DNA of 64,000 nucleotides from Myxococcota bacterium (GTDB lineage Bacteria > Myxococcota_A > UBA796 > UBA2385): contig JBIJDH010000002.1 in NCBI GenBank assembly GCA_044344255.1, forward strand, positions 128,001 through 192,000, in the 5' to 3' direction. A model generated the notes under the pieces. That model searched no databases. It was not told the DNA's origin and was given only the letters and a program-made list of their open reading frames with translations. Positions 1-11,444 of the stretch are shown one piece after another; position 1 is the first letter of the stretch, and each line of letters opens with the position of its first letter. The position numbers and the translations under genes were made by a program.

Positions 1-1469
1 AGGCTGCCGATGACTTCGAGTTTGCCTTCGACGTCCAACAGATCACGCCGGAGACCATCAAGCGCGTCTTCGTCCCGCCCGATCTCACGAAGGTGAAGAA
101 GCTCGACCTCCCGAACGGCGTGCGCGTGGTCCTGCTCCCGTATGGCGAGGCGCCCATCGTCCGCGCCAGCCTCTACTTGAACGGAAACGGTGAGACGAAC
201 CCGGAGCGGGGCCTGAACGCCTTCGCCGAGGCGCTGACCTGGCGTGGCGCCGGCATGCGAGAGGCCGACGACATCTCCCAGGTGGCCGGCGACGAGTACC
301 AGAGCGCCCTCGCGCTCGGCACGGCGATCACGGCGGAGGGTTCGTCCGGCAACCTCGACGCCGTATTGCGCACCGTACGCACCCGCGCCTCGACCTTCGA
401 TTGGCAGATGGCGGACAAGGGGCAGCAGATCAAGTCCTGGCGCAATGGCATGAAGGCGGATGGGAAGGAGCCCGAGGTCTGGGCGGGCCGCCTCATCGAC
501 GGCGCGGTCTTCGGCGAGCATCCCCTGGGCTGGTGGAACGGAAACGCGGTCTACGACAAGATGGAGACCTGGGGCGCCGCCGAGGTGAAGGGCTGGATGT
601 ACAAGAAGTACCAGCCGAAGAACGCCACGCTCGTCGTGGTGGGCAAGGTGGACCCTGCGGCGGCCGAGAAGTCGATCCGCGCCTTCTTCGAAGGTTGGAA
701 GGCCGAAGACGGCGCCGGTGAGCCGCCGGCGGGGACCTTGCCGGTCCCCTCCGTGTCCACCTCCCGAAAGGTGCTGATCTTCGACAAGGATGAGGCCACC
801 CAGTCCGAGATCAACACCGCCTGCCTGCTCAAGCCGGTCCAAGGCGCAGAGAAGGCCAAGCTCGACATCCTCGGCGACGCCATCTCGGAAGAGTACTGGC
901 GCATCCTCCGCGAGAAGAGCGCGGTGACCTACGGCGCCTACGCCTACGGTGAGTGGACGCCGGGCGGAACCGCCGCGCTCCGTGGCTACACGCTGGTCCA
1001 GAACAGCGCCGTGGGCCAGGGCGTGAGCTCGATGATCAAGCTCATCGAGAACACGGCCCAGGGCAAGGTCGATGAGAAGCGCATCGCCTCCGCAAAGTGG
1101 ACCCGCGCCCGGAAGTATGTGCAAGGCCAGCAGTCGGGCGGGCAGATGATGAACCGCCTCCAGAGCCAGCTCGCGACGGGCCTGGGCTTCGAGTACTTCC
1201 AGACCTATCCGGAGGCCCTCGGCGCCGTGAAGGCCTCGGACATCGCCGATCTGCTCAGCCCCTGCGTGGGCCATGAGGTGATCACGGTGGTCGGGCCCAA
1301 GGTGTTCGCGGAGGAGCAGCTCAAGGCCGCCAACATCCCCTACGAGGTGGTGGATTGGAAGGGCCTGTACCGCGCCCAGCTCACGCCCAAGGAGCAGGAG
1401 AAGTACGACGAGTCGGAGAAGAAGAAGGCTGAGGAGAAGGCCAAGAAGGCCTCGGAAGGCAAGAAGTAG
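1..1469 (+). CDS. M16 (insulinase/pitrilysin) family peptidase-like protein, C-terminal half; 5'-truncated by the window edge
   Basis: Frame is open from base 3. Motifs 'LPNGVRVVLL', 'HPLG', 'YQPKNATLVVVG' and 'ILREKSAVTYGAY' are typical of M16 domains. No HxxEH is present in the visible part. Confidence 0.8.
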   Translation, partial: AADDFEFAFDVQQITPETIKRVFVPPDLTKVKKLDLPNGVRVVLLPYGEAPIVRASLYLNGNGETNPERGLNAFAEALTWRGAGMREADDISQVAGDEYQSALALGTAITAEGSSGNLDAVLRTVRTRASTFDWQMADKGQQIKSWRNGMKADGKEPEVWAGRLIDGAVFGEHPLGWWNGNAVYDKMETWGAAEVKGWMYKKYQPKNATLVVVGKVDPAAAEKSIRAFFEGWKAEDGAGEPPAGTLPVPSVSTSRKVLIFDKDEATQSEINTACLLKPVQGAEKAKLDILGDAISEEYWRILREKSAVTYGAYAYGEWTPGGTAALRGYTLVQNSAVGQGVSSMIKLIENTAQGKVDEKRIASAKWTRARKYVQGQQSGGQMMNRLQSQLATGLGFEYFQTYPEALGAVKASDIADLLSPCVGHEVITVVGPKVFAEEQLKAANIPYEVVDWKGLYRAQLTPKEQEKYDESEKKKAEEKAKKASEGKK

Positions 1470-1473
1470 CCTC

Positions 1474-1540
1474 GGCCCCCTGGGTCAGCAGGGGGCCCAG
1501 GTGTCTCGCGGCGAGTGAGCCCATGGGCTCCCTCGCCGCG
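1474..1540. terminator. Two GC-rich hairpins between convergent genes (probable bidirectional terminator)
   Basis: ggccccctg/cagggggcc (1474-1497) and cgcggcgag-t-gagccc/gggctc-c-ctcgccgcg (1507-1540). Confidence 0.55.
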
Positions 1541-1575
1541 CTTCGTTTGGGGGGTGCCGCTGCGCGCGGCCCCGG

Positions 1576-3402
1576 TCAGTGGACCTGGGTGCCCCGGCCG
1601 CCCTGGTTGGCCTTGCCGGCGATGTGCTGCTGGAAGCGCTGGAGGTAGAGCTGGAGGTCGCCGAGGTTTCTCCGGTCGGCCGACTTCAAGAGGGCCATGC
1701 GCCCGCGCTTCAGCGCGGCCTCCAAGCCCGAGATGTCCTGCTTGTGCAGGTGGCCTTGGTTCTCCCGGAGGAAGCGCTCGAGCGCGACGAGCTGCTGCTC
1801 GATCTGCTCCCGCAGGGCCTTGAGCTCACGGTCGCCTTCATCTTCGGGCGCCGCAGCCGCCGTCGCCACGCCGGCCTTCATTCGCTCGAGCTCTTGCTTG
1901 CTGAGGCCGGTCGGGGAGTCGATCGTGATCTTCTCGGAGACGCCGGTGCGGAGGTCGCGCGCTGAGACGGCGACGATGCCGTTGGCGTCAATGGCGAACT
2001 TGACCTCAATGCGAGGCACGTTGCGGGGCGCCGGCTGAATGTTGCGGAGCTCGAAGTCGCCGAGGCTCACGTTGTCTCGGGCGAGCGTGTTCTCCCCCTG
2101 CAGGACGTGGATCTTCACCGTTCGCTGGTTGTCTACCACGGTGCTGACGAGCTGTGTCTTTTGCGCGGGGATGGTGGTGTTCTTGTCGATGAGGGGCGCA
2201 AAGCGCCCGCCCTGTGTCTCGATGCCGAGGGAGAAGTTGGTCACGTCGAGGAGGGTGACGCTCTTCACGTCGCCCTCGAGGATGCCGGCCTGGATGGCGG
2301 CGCCGATGGCCACCACCTCGTCGGGGTTGAAGCCCTTGTTGAGCGGGCGGCCGAAGAGCTTCTTCACCGCCTCTTGTACGAGGGGGATGCGGCTCGACCC
2401 ACCGACCAGGATGACCTCGTCGATGCGCCCGACCTCGATGCGCGACTCCGTGATGGCCCGTTGGCACTCTGAGATCGTGAGCTCGACCAGCGGGCGGATC
2501 AAGCCTTCGAATTGGCTGCGGGAGAGCGTACACTGGAGGTGCTTTGGCCCGCTGGCGTCGGCGACGAGGAAGGGCAGGTGGATGTCGGTGGAGGTCGAGG
2601 TGGAGAGCTCCAGCTTGGAGCGCTCCGCGGCGTCTCGCATCCGCTGCATCGCCACCCGGTCGCCGCTGATGTCCATGGAGTGCTGCGTCTGAAACTGCTG
2701 GAGCAGCCACTCGACGATCTTGCGATCGAGGTCAGCTCCGCCGAGGGCGTTGTTGCCGCGGGTGGCTCGCACTTCCGCAACATCTCGATCCACATCGAGG
2801 ATCGAGATGTCGAAGGTGCCCCCCCCGAAGTCATAGACCGCGATGGTGCTCGCCTTCTTTCGATCGTGAACGTATGCGAGCGCGGCGGCGGTGGGCTCGT
2901 TGATGATGCGCAAGACGTCCAGGCCGGCGATGGTGCCCGCATCGCGGGTCGCCTGACGTTGACGGTCGGTGAAGTAGGCGGGGACCGTGATGACCGCCTC
3001 GGTGACGGTGGCGCCCAAGGAGTCCTCGGCCGCTTTCTTCATCTTTTGGAGCACCATCGCCGACAGCTCTTGGGGTGAGTATTGACGCTCACCGATCTCG
3101 ACCAGACAATCACCGTTTCGGGCCTCGCTGACGCGGAAGTTCACCATCTCGACGTCGTGGCGGGCCTCCTTGAAGCGCCGGCCCATGAAGCGCTTGATGG
3201 TATAGACCGTCGCGTCCGGGTTGATCAGCATCTGGCGTTTGGCGATGTCCCCCACAAATCGTTCCCCGTCTTTCGCGAAGCCAACGACCGAAGGTGTGAC
3301 CCTCCCGCCTTCTTCGTTGATGATCACGCGCGGCTCACCGCGATCCATGTAGGCGCAGACCGAGTTGGTGGTTCCAAGATCGATGCCGATGATCGTGCCC
3401 AT
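1576..3402 (-). CDS. dnaK: Hsp70/DnaK-family chaperone paralogue
   Basis: GIDLGTTNS, TVPAYF, INEPTAAA, DFGGGTFDIS, linker VTLLDVT, complete SBD-beta and a divergent helical lid. Start placed at ATG 3402 (MGTIIGIDLG). Confidence 0.9.
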   Translation of the reverse strand: MGTIIGIDLGTTNSVCAYMDRGEPRVIINEEGGRVTPSVVGFAKDGERFVGDIAKRQMLINPDATVYTIKRFMGRRFKEARHDVEMVNFRVSEARNGDCLVEIGERQYSPQELSAMVLQKMKKAAEDSLGATVTEAVITVPAYFTDRQRQATRDAGTIAGLDVLRIINEPTAAALAYVHDRKKASTIAVYDFGGGTFDISILDVDRDVAEVRATRGNNALGGADLDRKIVEWLLQQFQTQHSMDISGDRVAMQRMRDAAERSKLELSTSTSTDIHLPFLVADASGPKHLQCTLSRSQFEGLIRPLVELTISECQRAITESRIEVGRIDEVILVGGSSRIPLVQEAVKKLFGRPLNKGFNPDEVVAIGAAIQAGILEGDVKSVTLLDVTNFSLGIETQGGRFAPLIDKNTTIPAQKTQLVSTVVDNQRTVKIHVLQGENTLARDNVSLGDFELRNIQPAPRNVPRIEVKFAIDANGIVAVSARDLRTGVSEKITIDSPTGLSKQELERMKAGVATAAAAPEDEGDRELKALREQIEQQLVALERFLRENQGHLHKQDISGLEAALKRGRMALLKSADRRNLGDLQLYLQRFQQHIAGKANQGGRGTQVH

Positions 3403-3633
3403 GGGGAGCGCCTCGTGGGGCCAGCGGGTCAGACGGAGGGAGCGTAGGGAGGGCGTCGGCGGGGACGTGACCTTGGCGGCCACGACGCCCCGTCAGCGGC
3501 GGCCGAGGCAGACCCACCGAAGCGCAGCTTATCACCCGGGAGGTCGTGGGCCTCGGCGGGAGGGCGAGTCTCGTCGGCGCCACGGAGTTAACCACTCGCG
3601 GGGCCGCTCGTGGCTGCGACGGGGGAGCGACGG

Positions 3634-4488
3634 ATGCAGCCGACACGTTGGTTCATTACCTTGTCCCTGCTGCTCATCGCCTGCGCCCATCGGTCGGGGC
3701 GGGACCCTGTGTCCCGTCAGCTCCGCAAGGCCGACGCGGAGCTCGCCGCCGCGCGGGACCCTGTGGCCCTCGACGCCGTGATCGACAGCTACCTCCTGAT
3801 CCACAGCGCGGCGGCGGGCGACCCGCGGGTGTTGGACCGCCTCAGCCGCGTCATCGCGCTTCGGGGCTACTGGCGTGGCGGGGTCTCCGGCGCCAGCGAC
3901 CTCGCCACAGCGCGCGACTTCGGCCTGCAGTGCCTCAAGCGGCAGCCTGCGTTCGCTGCTCGGACATTGGCGGCGGGAGAGCGCATCACCGCTCCGGCGG
4001 CGCGGGAGCTCGGCCCGGGTGCGCAGCCCTGCTTGGAGGAGACCGCCAGCGCCTGGGTCCGCTGGATGCACCTCCAGGGTGCGGGTGGGGCCTCACTCGA
4101 CCTCGCTCCGCTCGACCTCCTCACCGCCCGCTCCGTCCAGCTCGGCCAGCCGGGGCGCCCTGGCGCTCCGGAGGCCACGCGTGGCTTGCTTCTGAGCCTG
4201 TGGCCAAGCGTCCTGCCGGGGGGAGAGCCCGACCGGCACCTCGCGGGGGAGTCTGCCCTCCGCGACGCGCTCCAGAAGGCGCCTGGCCGGCGGACCATCT
4301 CCGTCGATCTGGTCGAGCTCGTCCTGCTCCCAGATGACCGTCAGGCGGAGGCGGCGACGTTGCTCGAGGCGGTGCTCATGGAGCCCCTCGATCAGGATGA
4401 TCCCGAGTGGATCGAGGACAGCGCGGCGATCGCCAGAGCCCAGCGCTTGCAGGACGCGATTCAGAGTCCGGACGCCGCTGCGCCCTGA
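3634..4488 (+). CDS. Helical (TPR-like) lipoprotein, possibly TRAP transporter TatT-component-like
   Basis: Signal peptide with lipobox 'LLLIAC'; all-helical Ala/Leu-rich body. The TatT resemblance is by eye only. Confidence 0.5.
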   Translation: MQPTRWFITLSLLLIACAHRSGRDPVSRQLRKADAELAAARDPVALDAVIDSYLLIHSAAAGDPRVLDRLSRVIALRGYWRGGVSGASDLATARDFGLQCLKRQPAFAARTLAAGERITAPAARELGPGAQPCLEETASAWVRWMHLQGAGGASLDLAPLDLLTARSVQLGQPGRPGAPEATRGLLLSLWPSVLPGGEPDRHLAGESALRDALQKAPGRRTISVDLVELVLLPDDRQAEAATLLEAVLMEPLDQDDPEWIEDSAAIARAQRLQDAIQSPDAAAP

Positions 4489-4528
4489 GAGGATCGTGTG
4501 GCACCACCGGCGACAGGCCGGGGCGTCC

Positions 4529-4591
4529 GCAAGACACCGAGGCTGCAAGACACCGAGGCTGCAAGACACCGAGGCTGCAAGACAACGAGGG
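4529..4591. repeat. 16-bp tandem repeat GCAAGACACCGAGGCT x3 plus a degenerate fourth copy
   Basis: Exact copies at 4529, 4545 and 4561; variant gcaagacaacgaggg at 4577. Confidence 0.95.
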
Positions 4592-4624
4592 CCCGCCCGA
4601 TCGTCGGGGGGCCCTCGTCGTGTC
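4581..4624. terminator. Hairpin between convergent genes, probable rpsU terminator
   Basis: acgagggccc ... gggccctcgt inverted repeat just past the rpsU stop. Confidence 0.55.
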
Positions 4625-4664
4625 TCTCGCGGCGAGCGAGCGCTCGCTGCGAAGCGCCCTTCGC

Positions 4665-4877
4665 TCAGTGCGTGGTGGCCTTGCGGATCGCGCGGCGCAT
4701 CGCCTTCCGGCGGCGCTTCTCGGCGAGGCGCTGCTTGAGGCGGCGCTTCTCGCCCGGCTTCAGGTAGAAGCTGTTCTTCTTGATGTCCTTGCGAATGCCT
4801 TCGCGCTCGACCTTGCGACGGAAGCGGCGAAGGGCCTTCTCGAAGGGCTCGTTCTCTCGGACGGTGACCAGGATCAA
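4665..4877 (-). CDS. rpsU: 30S ribosomal protein S21
   Basis: 'VTVRENEPFEKALRRFRRKVEREGI...FYLKPGEKR'. TTG start at 4877 with GGAG 6 nt upstream. Confidence 0.95.
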   Translation of the reverse strand: MILVTVRENEPFEKALRRFRRKVEREGIRKDIKKNSFYLKPGEKRRLKQRLAEKRRRKAMRRAIRKATTH

Positions 4878-4911
4878 GGCTAACTCCGGTAGGGGAAGAA
4901 TTCGGCTCGGC

Positions 4912-4940
4912 CGCTTAGCGCGCCATGCGCCAAGCGGCAA
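4912..4940 (-). promoter_or_regulatory. Putative sigma70-type promoter for rpsU
   Basis: Minus strand TTGCCG-N17-TAAGCG upstream of the rpsU start. Confidence 0.4.
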
Positions 4941-4959
4941 TGTCTCGACGGGCCTGGTC

Positions 4960-5772
4960 TCAGAAGACCCCGCCCATCGCGCCGCCCACGTAGAACATGT
5001 CATGCACGCCGAAGTCCACCCGGACGTTCGCCTTGTCGGCGAAGTTGACCCGGGCGCTGCCGGTCAGGTCGACGATGGGGAGCACGGTGGGGAAGCGCTT
5101 CTCCCCGTCCGGCGCGCATTGGTCCTTGCGCTCGTAGGACGGCGCGTCGGGGAGGCAGTCCAGCTCTGTGTTGTCGGGGTTGGACCCCGGGTGCCACTGC
5201 TCGAGCTCACCGGTGACGAAGCCGATGCCCAGGCCGCCGCCGAAGAGCAGGCTGAGCCAGACGTCGTTGGTGACCGGCGTGACCGGAATCTCGGTGGCGT
5301 AGTTCACGCCGAGCGAGTGCATCCCGAAATTCTTGGGGTTGATCCAGTCCCCGTCGTCATGCTCCGCCGGCTCTTCGACGTCGTCCCAGTAGCCCTCGCC
5401 CATCAGGCTGCCGGTGTATTCATAGTAGAAGATCCAGTTTGAGGGACGAGGCTTGAGGACATACTCGATCCCCACCGAGTAGAGTCGGATCTTCGGCCGC
5501 TCGTAAGGGTAGTTGACCCCCTCGTCGCCCTTGTCGAAGTACCAAGTGTCCATGATCCCGTTCGGGATGTTCAGGTACCGGGATCGGAGGTTGATCTCCA
5601 TCAGGGGGCGTGTGGTGGTGGTGGTGGTGGCCGTGGTGGCCGCGTCCGGATCGCCCAGGCCTTGGAGCAGCAGGTCGGTCGGCTCCGGCGCAGGCTCAGT
5701 CGCCGCGGTCGCCGTCGCGCTGAACAGGGAGAGCGAGGCGGTGAGGAGCAGCGAGGTCAGGGGAAGCGGCAT
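4960..5772 (-). CDS. Secreted protein, probable outer-membrane beta-barrel
   Basis: Signal peptide, Thr-rich linker, amphipathic aromatic strands, a Cys-pair loop and C-terminal Phe ('YVGGAMGGVF'). Confidence 0.6.
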   Translation of the reverse strand: MPLPLTSLLLTASLSLFSATATAATEPAPEPTDLLLQGLGDPDAATTATTTTTTRPLMEINLRSRYLNIPNGIMDTWYFDKGDEGVNYPYERPKIRLYSVGIEYVLKPRPSNWIFYYEYTGSLMGEGYWDDVEEPAEHDDGDWINPKNFGMHSLGVNYATEIPVTPVTNDVWLSLLFGGGLGIGFVTGELEQWHPGSNPDNTELDCLPDAPSYERKDQCAPDGEKRFPTVLPIVDLTGSARVNFADKANVRVDFGVHDMFYVGGAMGGVF

Positions 5773-5819
5773 GGCGGGTCCTGTCGGCAGGTCGTTATGG
5801 CGAATGGGAGGATATTCCC

Positions 5820-6380
5820 ATGGGCGGGTCGGCTGTCAACCGGTGGGCGGTGAGCCTTTTGTGCATGGCCGCCGTGGCGGGGTGCCACCTCGGACGTCCC
5901 GGGCCGACTTACTCCTACCACCTCGGGCACGTCGAGGTACCCGAGGTGGAGCCAGGGCTCAGCGATGCCCTCTCCCGGAGCGTCTCAGCCGCGCTGTCGG
6001 CGCGCTCGGCCCTCGGTGGGGGAGTGGCCCTGGACGTACGCATCCTCGAGGCGGTGGAGTCCGTGATCGCGGTCGATGGCGCTGGCGCGCGGGTGCACCG
6101 GGTCGGGCTGGTCCTCCGCTTGGAGGCCGCTGGCCCGGCGCCGCGGTCGCTGGTGGTGCGTGGTGAGCGGGGCTATGCGGTCTCCTCGGCGGACCCTACC
6201 GCCGCCGAGGCAGCGCGGTCGGCGGCCTTCGCGGCGCTCACGGTCGAGCTCAGCGAGGACGCTGTCACCTGGCTCGTCACGGGGCCGAGCGGTGGAGCGG
6301 CCGCGGTCAGGGGCGGCGCGAGAGCAGAGGAGCCAGGACGGAGCCATGACGGAGACAGCGGTTCGGATGATCCTCGGTGA
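5820..6380 (+). CDS. LptE-like lipoprotein
   Basis: Lipobox 'AVAGC', about 186 aa, directly upstream of holA (conserved lptE-holA adjacency). Confidence 0.5.
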   Translation: MGGSAVNRWAVSLLCMAAVAGCHLGRPGPTYSYHLGHVEVPEVEPGLSDALSRSVSAALSARSALGGGVALDVRILEAVESVIAVDGAGARVHRVGLVLRLEAAGPAPRSLVVRGERGYAVSSADPTAAEAARSAAFAALTVELSEDAVTWLVTGPSGGAAAVRGGARAEEPGRSHDGDSGSDDPR

Positions 6381-7320
6381 CGAGGGCCTCCTCGTTCAGG
6401 AGGCGGAGCAACGGGCGGTCTCCGAGGCCTTTGGCGGCGCGGCTCCCGGCTTCAACCACGCCGTCTTCTCTGCGGCGGGAGGGGCGGAGGCGGCCCTCGA
6501 TCTCGCGCGCACTCAGCCGATGATGGCCCGCCGTCGCGTGGTGGTCATCCGAGATCTCGAGAAGGCCTCGGTCGAGCTCCTCGACGTCCTGGCGGCCTAC
6601 GTAGAGAGCCCGAACCCAAGCACGCTCCTCTTGCTGGTCGGCTCCAAGCTGCCCGAGGCGACCGGCGGGGTCGATCGGGGGCGGCGGCTCGAGAACCGCC
6701 TGAAGAAGACCGACGCGGTCCTGAGATTTCAGGCGAAGGACCAGCACCCGATCGCCTTCGCCACCGAGCAGGCCGCCCTGCTGGGCTGCAAGCTCGATCG
6801 TCGGGCGGCGGAGCTGTTGGTGGAGCTGGTGGGCTCCGACCTCGGCCGACTTCGCATGGAGGTCGCCAAGGCGGCCGCGTGGCTCGGCGGTGCCGGCCTG
6901 ATCGACGTCGTGGCGGTGGAGGCGGTGTCGAGCCCGGTCGCGGAGGCGGTGGTCTGGGACCTCACCGACGCCATCCTCGTAGGCGACATCAACCGCGCGC
7001 TCACCACCACCCACCGCATGCTCGAGGACGCTGGGCCGGGGGACGGCGCCAGCCACCGCCTGCTCGCGCTGGTCACCTGGCAGGTGCGGCGCGTGCTCGA
7101 GCTGCAGTCCGGCCTCCGCTCGGGCGCGGGCGTCCCGGAGTCGTGGCAGCGGATGCCCGCGAACAAGCTCCGCCAGGCCCAGGACACCCTGCGCCGTCGC
7201 CCGATCGATCCTGCAGCCATCCTCGAGACCCTCAGCCGAGCGAACCGAGACTTCAACCGCTCCCCGGCGGGCGATCGGAGGATCTTCGAGGCGTTGGTGC
7301 TCGAGCTCTGCGCGCGGTGA
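6346..7320 (+). CDS. holA: DNA polymerase III subunit delta
   Basis: 'ILGDEGLLV', 'QPMMARRRVVVIRD', 'LVELVGSDLGRLRMEVAK', 'VWDLTDAI'; next to rpsT. Confidence 0.85.
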   Translation: MTETAVRMILGDEGLLVQEAEQRAVSEAFGGAAPGFNHAVFSAAGGAEAALDLARTQPMMARRRVVVIRDLEKASVELLDVLAAYVESPNPSTLLLLVGSKLPEATGGVDRGRRLENRLKKTDAVLRFQAKDQHPIAFATEQAALLGCKLDRRAAELLVELVGSDLGRLRMEVAKAAAWLGGAGLIDVVAVEAVSSPVAEAVVWDLTDAILVGDINRALTTTHRMLEDAGPGDGASHRLLALVTWQVRRVLELQSGLRSGAGVPESWQRMPANKLRQAQDTLRRRPIDPAAILETLSRANRDFNRSPAGDRRIFEALVLELCAR

Positions 7321-7358
7321 AGCGGAGCGGGGGTCGCTCGGGCAGGCTCCCCAAACGG

Positions 7359-7394
7359 CGAAGCGGGCGCATCCCGGAGGAGGCGCCCGCTTCG
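7359..7394. terminator. Hairpin between convergent holA and rpsT
   Basis: cgaagcgggcgc ... gcgcccgcttcg 12-bp stem. Confidence 0.6.
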
Positions 7395-7425
7395 GGCCGC
7401 GATCGCCCCCGTGGGGGCGAGGAGG

Positions 7426-7749
7426 CTAACGACCCTTGCCGGAGACCACGGGGGCCTTGGGCTTGGCGGCGGCGACGGCCTTGGCGAGGCGGCTCACCCG
7501 GCGGGCGGCCTGGCTCTTGTGGATGATGCCCTTCTGAGCGACCTTCTGGATGGTGCTCACGGTGTTGCTGAGCTCGGCCTTGGCCTCATCGACCTTGCCG
7601 GCCTCGATCAGCGCCCGGAGCTTCTTGATGCCGGTGCGGAGCGTGCTCTTGTAGTGACGGTTCCGCGCGCGGTTCTCGAGGCTCTGACGATGGCGCTTGA
7701 CGGTGTCCTGGACCTTGACGGGGCCCTTCTTGCTGTCCTTGGATGCCAC
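7426..7749 (-). CDS. rpsT: 30S ribosomal protein S20
   Basis: 'KRHRQSLENRARNRHYKSTLRTGIKK...KGIIHKSQAARRVSRL'. Confidence 0.95.
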   Translation of the reverse strand: MASKDSKKGPVKVQDTVKRHRQSLENRARNRHYKSTLRTGIKKLRALIEAGKVDEAKAELSNTVSTIQKVAQKGIIHKSQAARRVSRLAKAVAAAKPKAPVVSGKGR

Positions 7750-7890
7750 GGGATTCTCACCTTGGGCGACCCAAATTGGGCCGCGTCGTAGAGTGCTGAA
7801 TGGAGAGGATGGAGCGCGGGGGACTCTCTCTGGACCGCCGGACCTGAGCGTTCAGGTTCGGAAGGACAGCCAGAGGCCGCGAGACGGCCG

Positions 7891-7920
7891 GCTCTATCGC
7901 GACCCTCGGCGACATGTCAA
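7891..7920 (-). promoter_or_regulatory. Putative sigma70-type promoter for rpsT
   Basis: Minus strand TTGACA-N18-TAGAGC. Confidence 0.5.
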
Positions 7921-8105
7921 GCGTCGAGCCCGCCGTCTTCGCCTTGTTTGACTGGACCCGGGGTGAGCGCTATCGGAGCCCGGCGCGACCGCGCGGGTGG
8001 AGATCCGCGCCCGTCGCGTACACTGGGCGCTCCCGCGAGCGCCGGGTCACGAGCGCTTCGACACGAGAGGTCCCCGGCCGCGGCGTCGGGAGAGGCAGCC
8101 GGCAC

Positions 8106-9407
8106 ATGGACATCTGCGTCATCGGTACAGGCTACGTCGGGCTGGTGGTCGGCACCTGCATGGCTGACCTCGGCTTCCACATCTCCTGTGTGGACCACGA
8201 TCGGAGCAAGATCGAGCAACTGCGACGCGGTGAGGTGCCCATCTACGAGCCTGGGCTCGACGCCATCTTACGCCGCAACATCCGAGAGGGCCGAATCACC
8301 TTCACCGATCAGGCCGCCCCGGCCATCGCCTCCGCCGAGGTGGTCTACATCGCGGTGGGCACGCCGGGGCTGGCGGATGGTTCGGCTGACCTCTCCGGGG
8401 TCTTTGCCGTCGCCGCATTGGTGGGCGAGCACATGTCCCGCTCGACGGTGGTGATCATCAAGTCCACCGTGCCGGTGGGGACAGCGGATCGGGTGAGGGA
8501 GGTGGTCGCCGCTTCGGCCCGCTTCCCCTTCGACGTGGTCTCGAACCCCGAGTTCCTCAAGGAGGGCGCGGCGATCGAGGACTTTACTCACCCCGATCGC
8601 ATCGTGATCGGCTGCCGCACCGAGCGGGCCCGGGAGGTGATGAGCCACCTGTACGCGGGCCTCGTCCGCTCCGGAAAGCCCATCTTCTTCATGGACAACC
8701 GCAGCGCCGAGCTCACGAAGTACGCGTCGAACGCCATGCTCGCCACCAAGATCTCCTTCATGAACGAGCTCGCCCGCCTCTGCGAGGTGGTGGGGGCCGA
8801 CATCGAGATGGTGCGTAAGGGCACCGGCAGCGACTCCCGCATCGGCCCTCGCTTCCTCTTCCCGGGTGTCGGCTACGGCGGTTCTTGCTTCCCGAAGGAC
8901 GTCAAGGCCCTCATCGACACCGCGGAGAAGGTCGGCGTCACCCTCAAGGTCGCCAACGCCGTCGAAGAGGTGAACGCCGAGCAGAAGCACGTCCTCGCCG
9001 ACAAGGTGCTGGCTCGTTTCGGCGACGACCTCTCCGGGCGCCGCTTCGCCGTCTGGGGGCTCGCCTTCAAGCCCGAGACCGACGACATGCGCGAGGCGCC
9101 CTCCCTCGTGATCATCGAGCGCCTGCTGGCCCGTGGCGCAGAGATCCGGGCCTACGACCCCGAGGCGGTGCACACCGCGCGCCAGGCCTTGGGCGACCGG
9201 GTCACCTTCGCCAGCTCCTCGATGGACGCCGCCGAGGGGGCTCACGCGGTCCTGCTCGTGACGGAGTGGAATGAGTTCCGGAACCCAGACCTCGCTGACC
9301 TCCGGGACCGCATGGCCAGCCCCGTGATCTTCGACGGGCGCAACATCTACGACCCCGCCGAGCTCCGTCGAGCCGGCTTCGAGTACGTCGGCATCGGCCG
9401 GCCCTGA
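8106..9407 (+). CDS. ugd: UDP-glucose 6-dehydrogenase
   Basis: GTGYVG Rossmann motif, SNPEFLKEG, catalytic GYGGSCFPKD, GLAFKPETDDMRE. Confidence 0.95.
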   Translation: MDICVIGTGYVGLVVGTCMADLGFHISCVDHDRSKIEQLRRGEVPIYEPGLDAILRRNIREGRITFTDQAAPAIASAEVVYIAVGTPGLADGSADLSGVFAVAALVGEHMSRSTVVIIKSTVPVGTADRVREVVAASARFPFDVVSNPEFLKEGAAIEDFTHPDRIVIGCRTERAREVMSHLYAGLVRSGKPIFFMDNRSAELTKYASNAMLATKISFMNELARLCEVVGADIEMVRKGTGSDSRIGPRFLFPGVGYGGSCFPKDVKALIDTAEKVGVTLKVANAVEEVNAEQKHVLADKVLARFGDDLSGRRFAVWGLAFKPETDDMREAPSLVIIERLLARGAEIRAYDPEAVHTARQALGDRVTFASSSMDAAEGAHAVLLVTEWNEFRNPDLADLRDRMASPVIFDGRNIYDPAELRRAGFEYVGIGRP

Positions 9408-9413
9408 ACCGCG

Positions 9414-9454
9414 CGCCGCAGGGTTCGCCGTAGGGTTCGCGGCAGGGTTCGCCG
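9414..9454. repeat. 12-bp imperfect tandem repeat (CGCCGCAGGGTT) x3.4, intergenic
   Basis: cgccgcagggtt / cgccgtagggtt / cgcggcagggtt / cgccg. Confidence 0.85.
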
Positions 9455-9503
9455 GGGGGCGCTGCTGGGGTTAGCCGGGTCGGCCTCTCGGGTCACCGGG
9501 GGC

Positions 9504-11354
<1,851 letters not shown>

Positions 11355-11444
11355 GCCGCGGGCTGTGCCGGGGCTGTGCAGGTGCGGAGGCTCAGCGGCG
11401 CCGCCCTCTGGTACACTCCGGGTGGGCCGTACGAGAGGAGTCCC

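Noticed and set aside
4529..4591. Possible CRISPR array
   Set aside because: The 16-bp units are contiguous with no spacers, and there are no cas genes.
5611..5640. (GTG)n microsatellite as a phase-variation switch
   Set aside because: It is an in-frame triplet run encoding a Thr linker, so length changes would not shift the frame.
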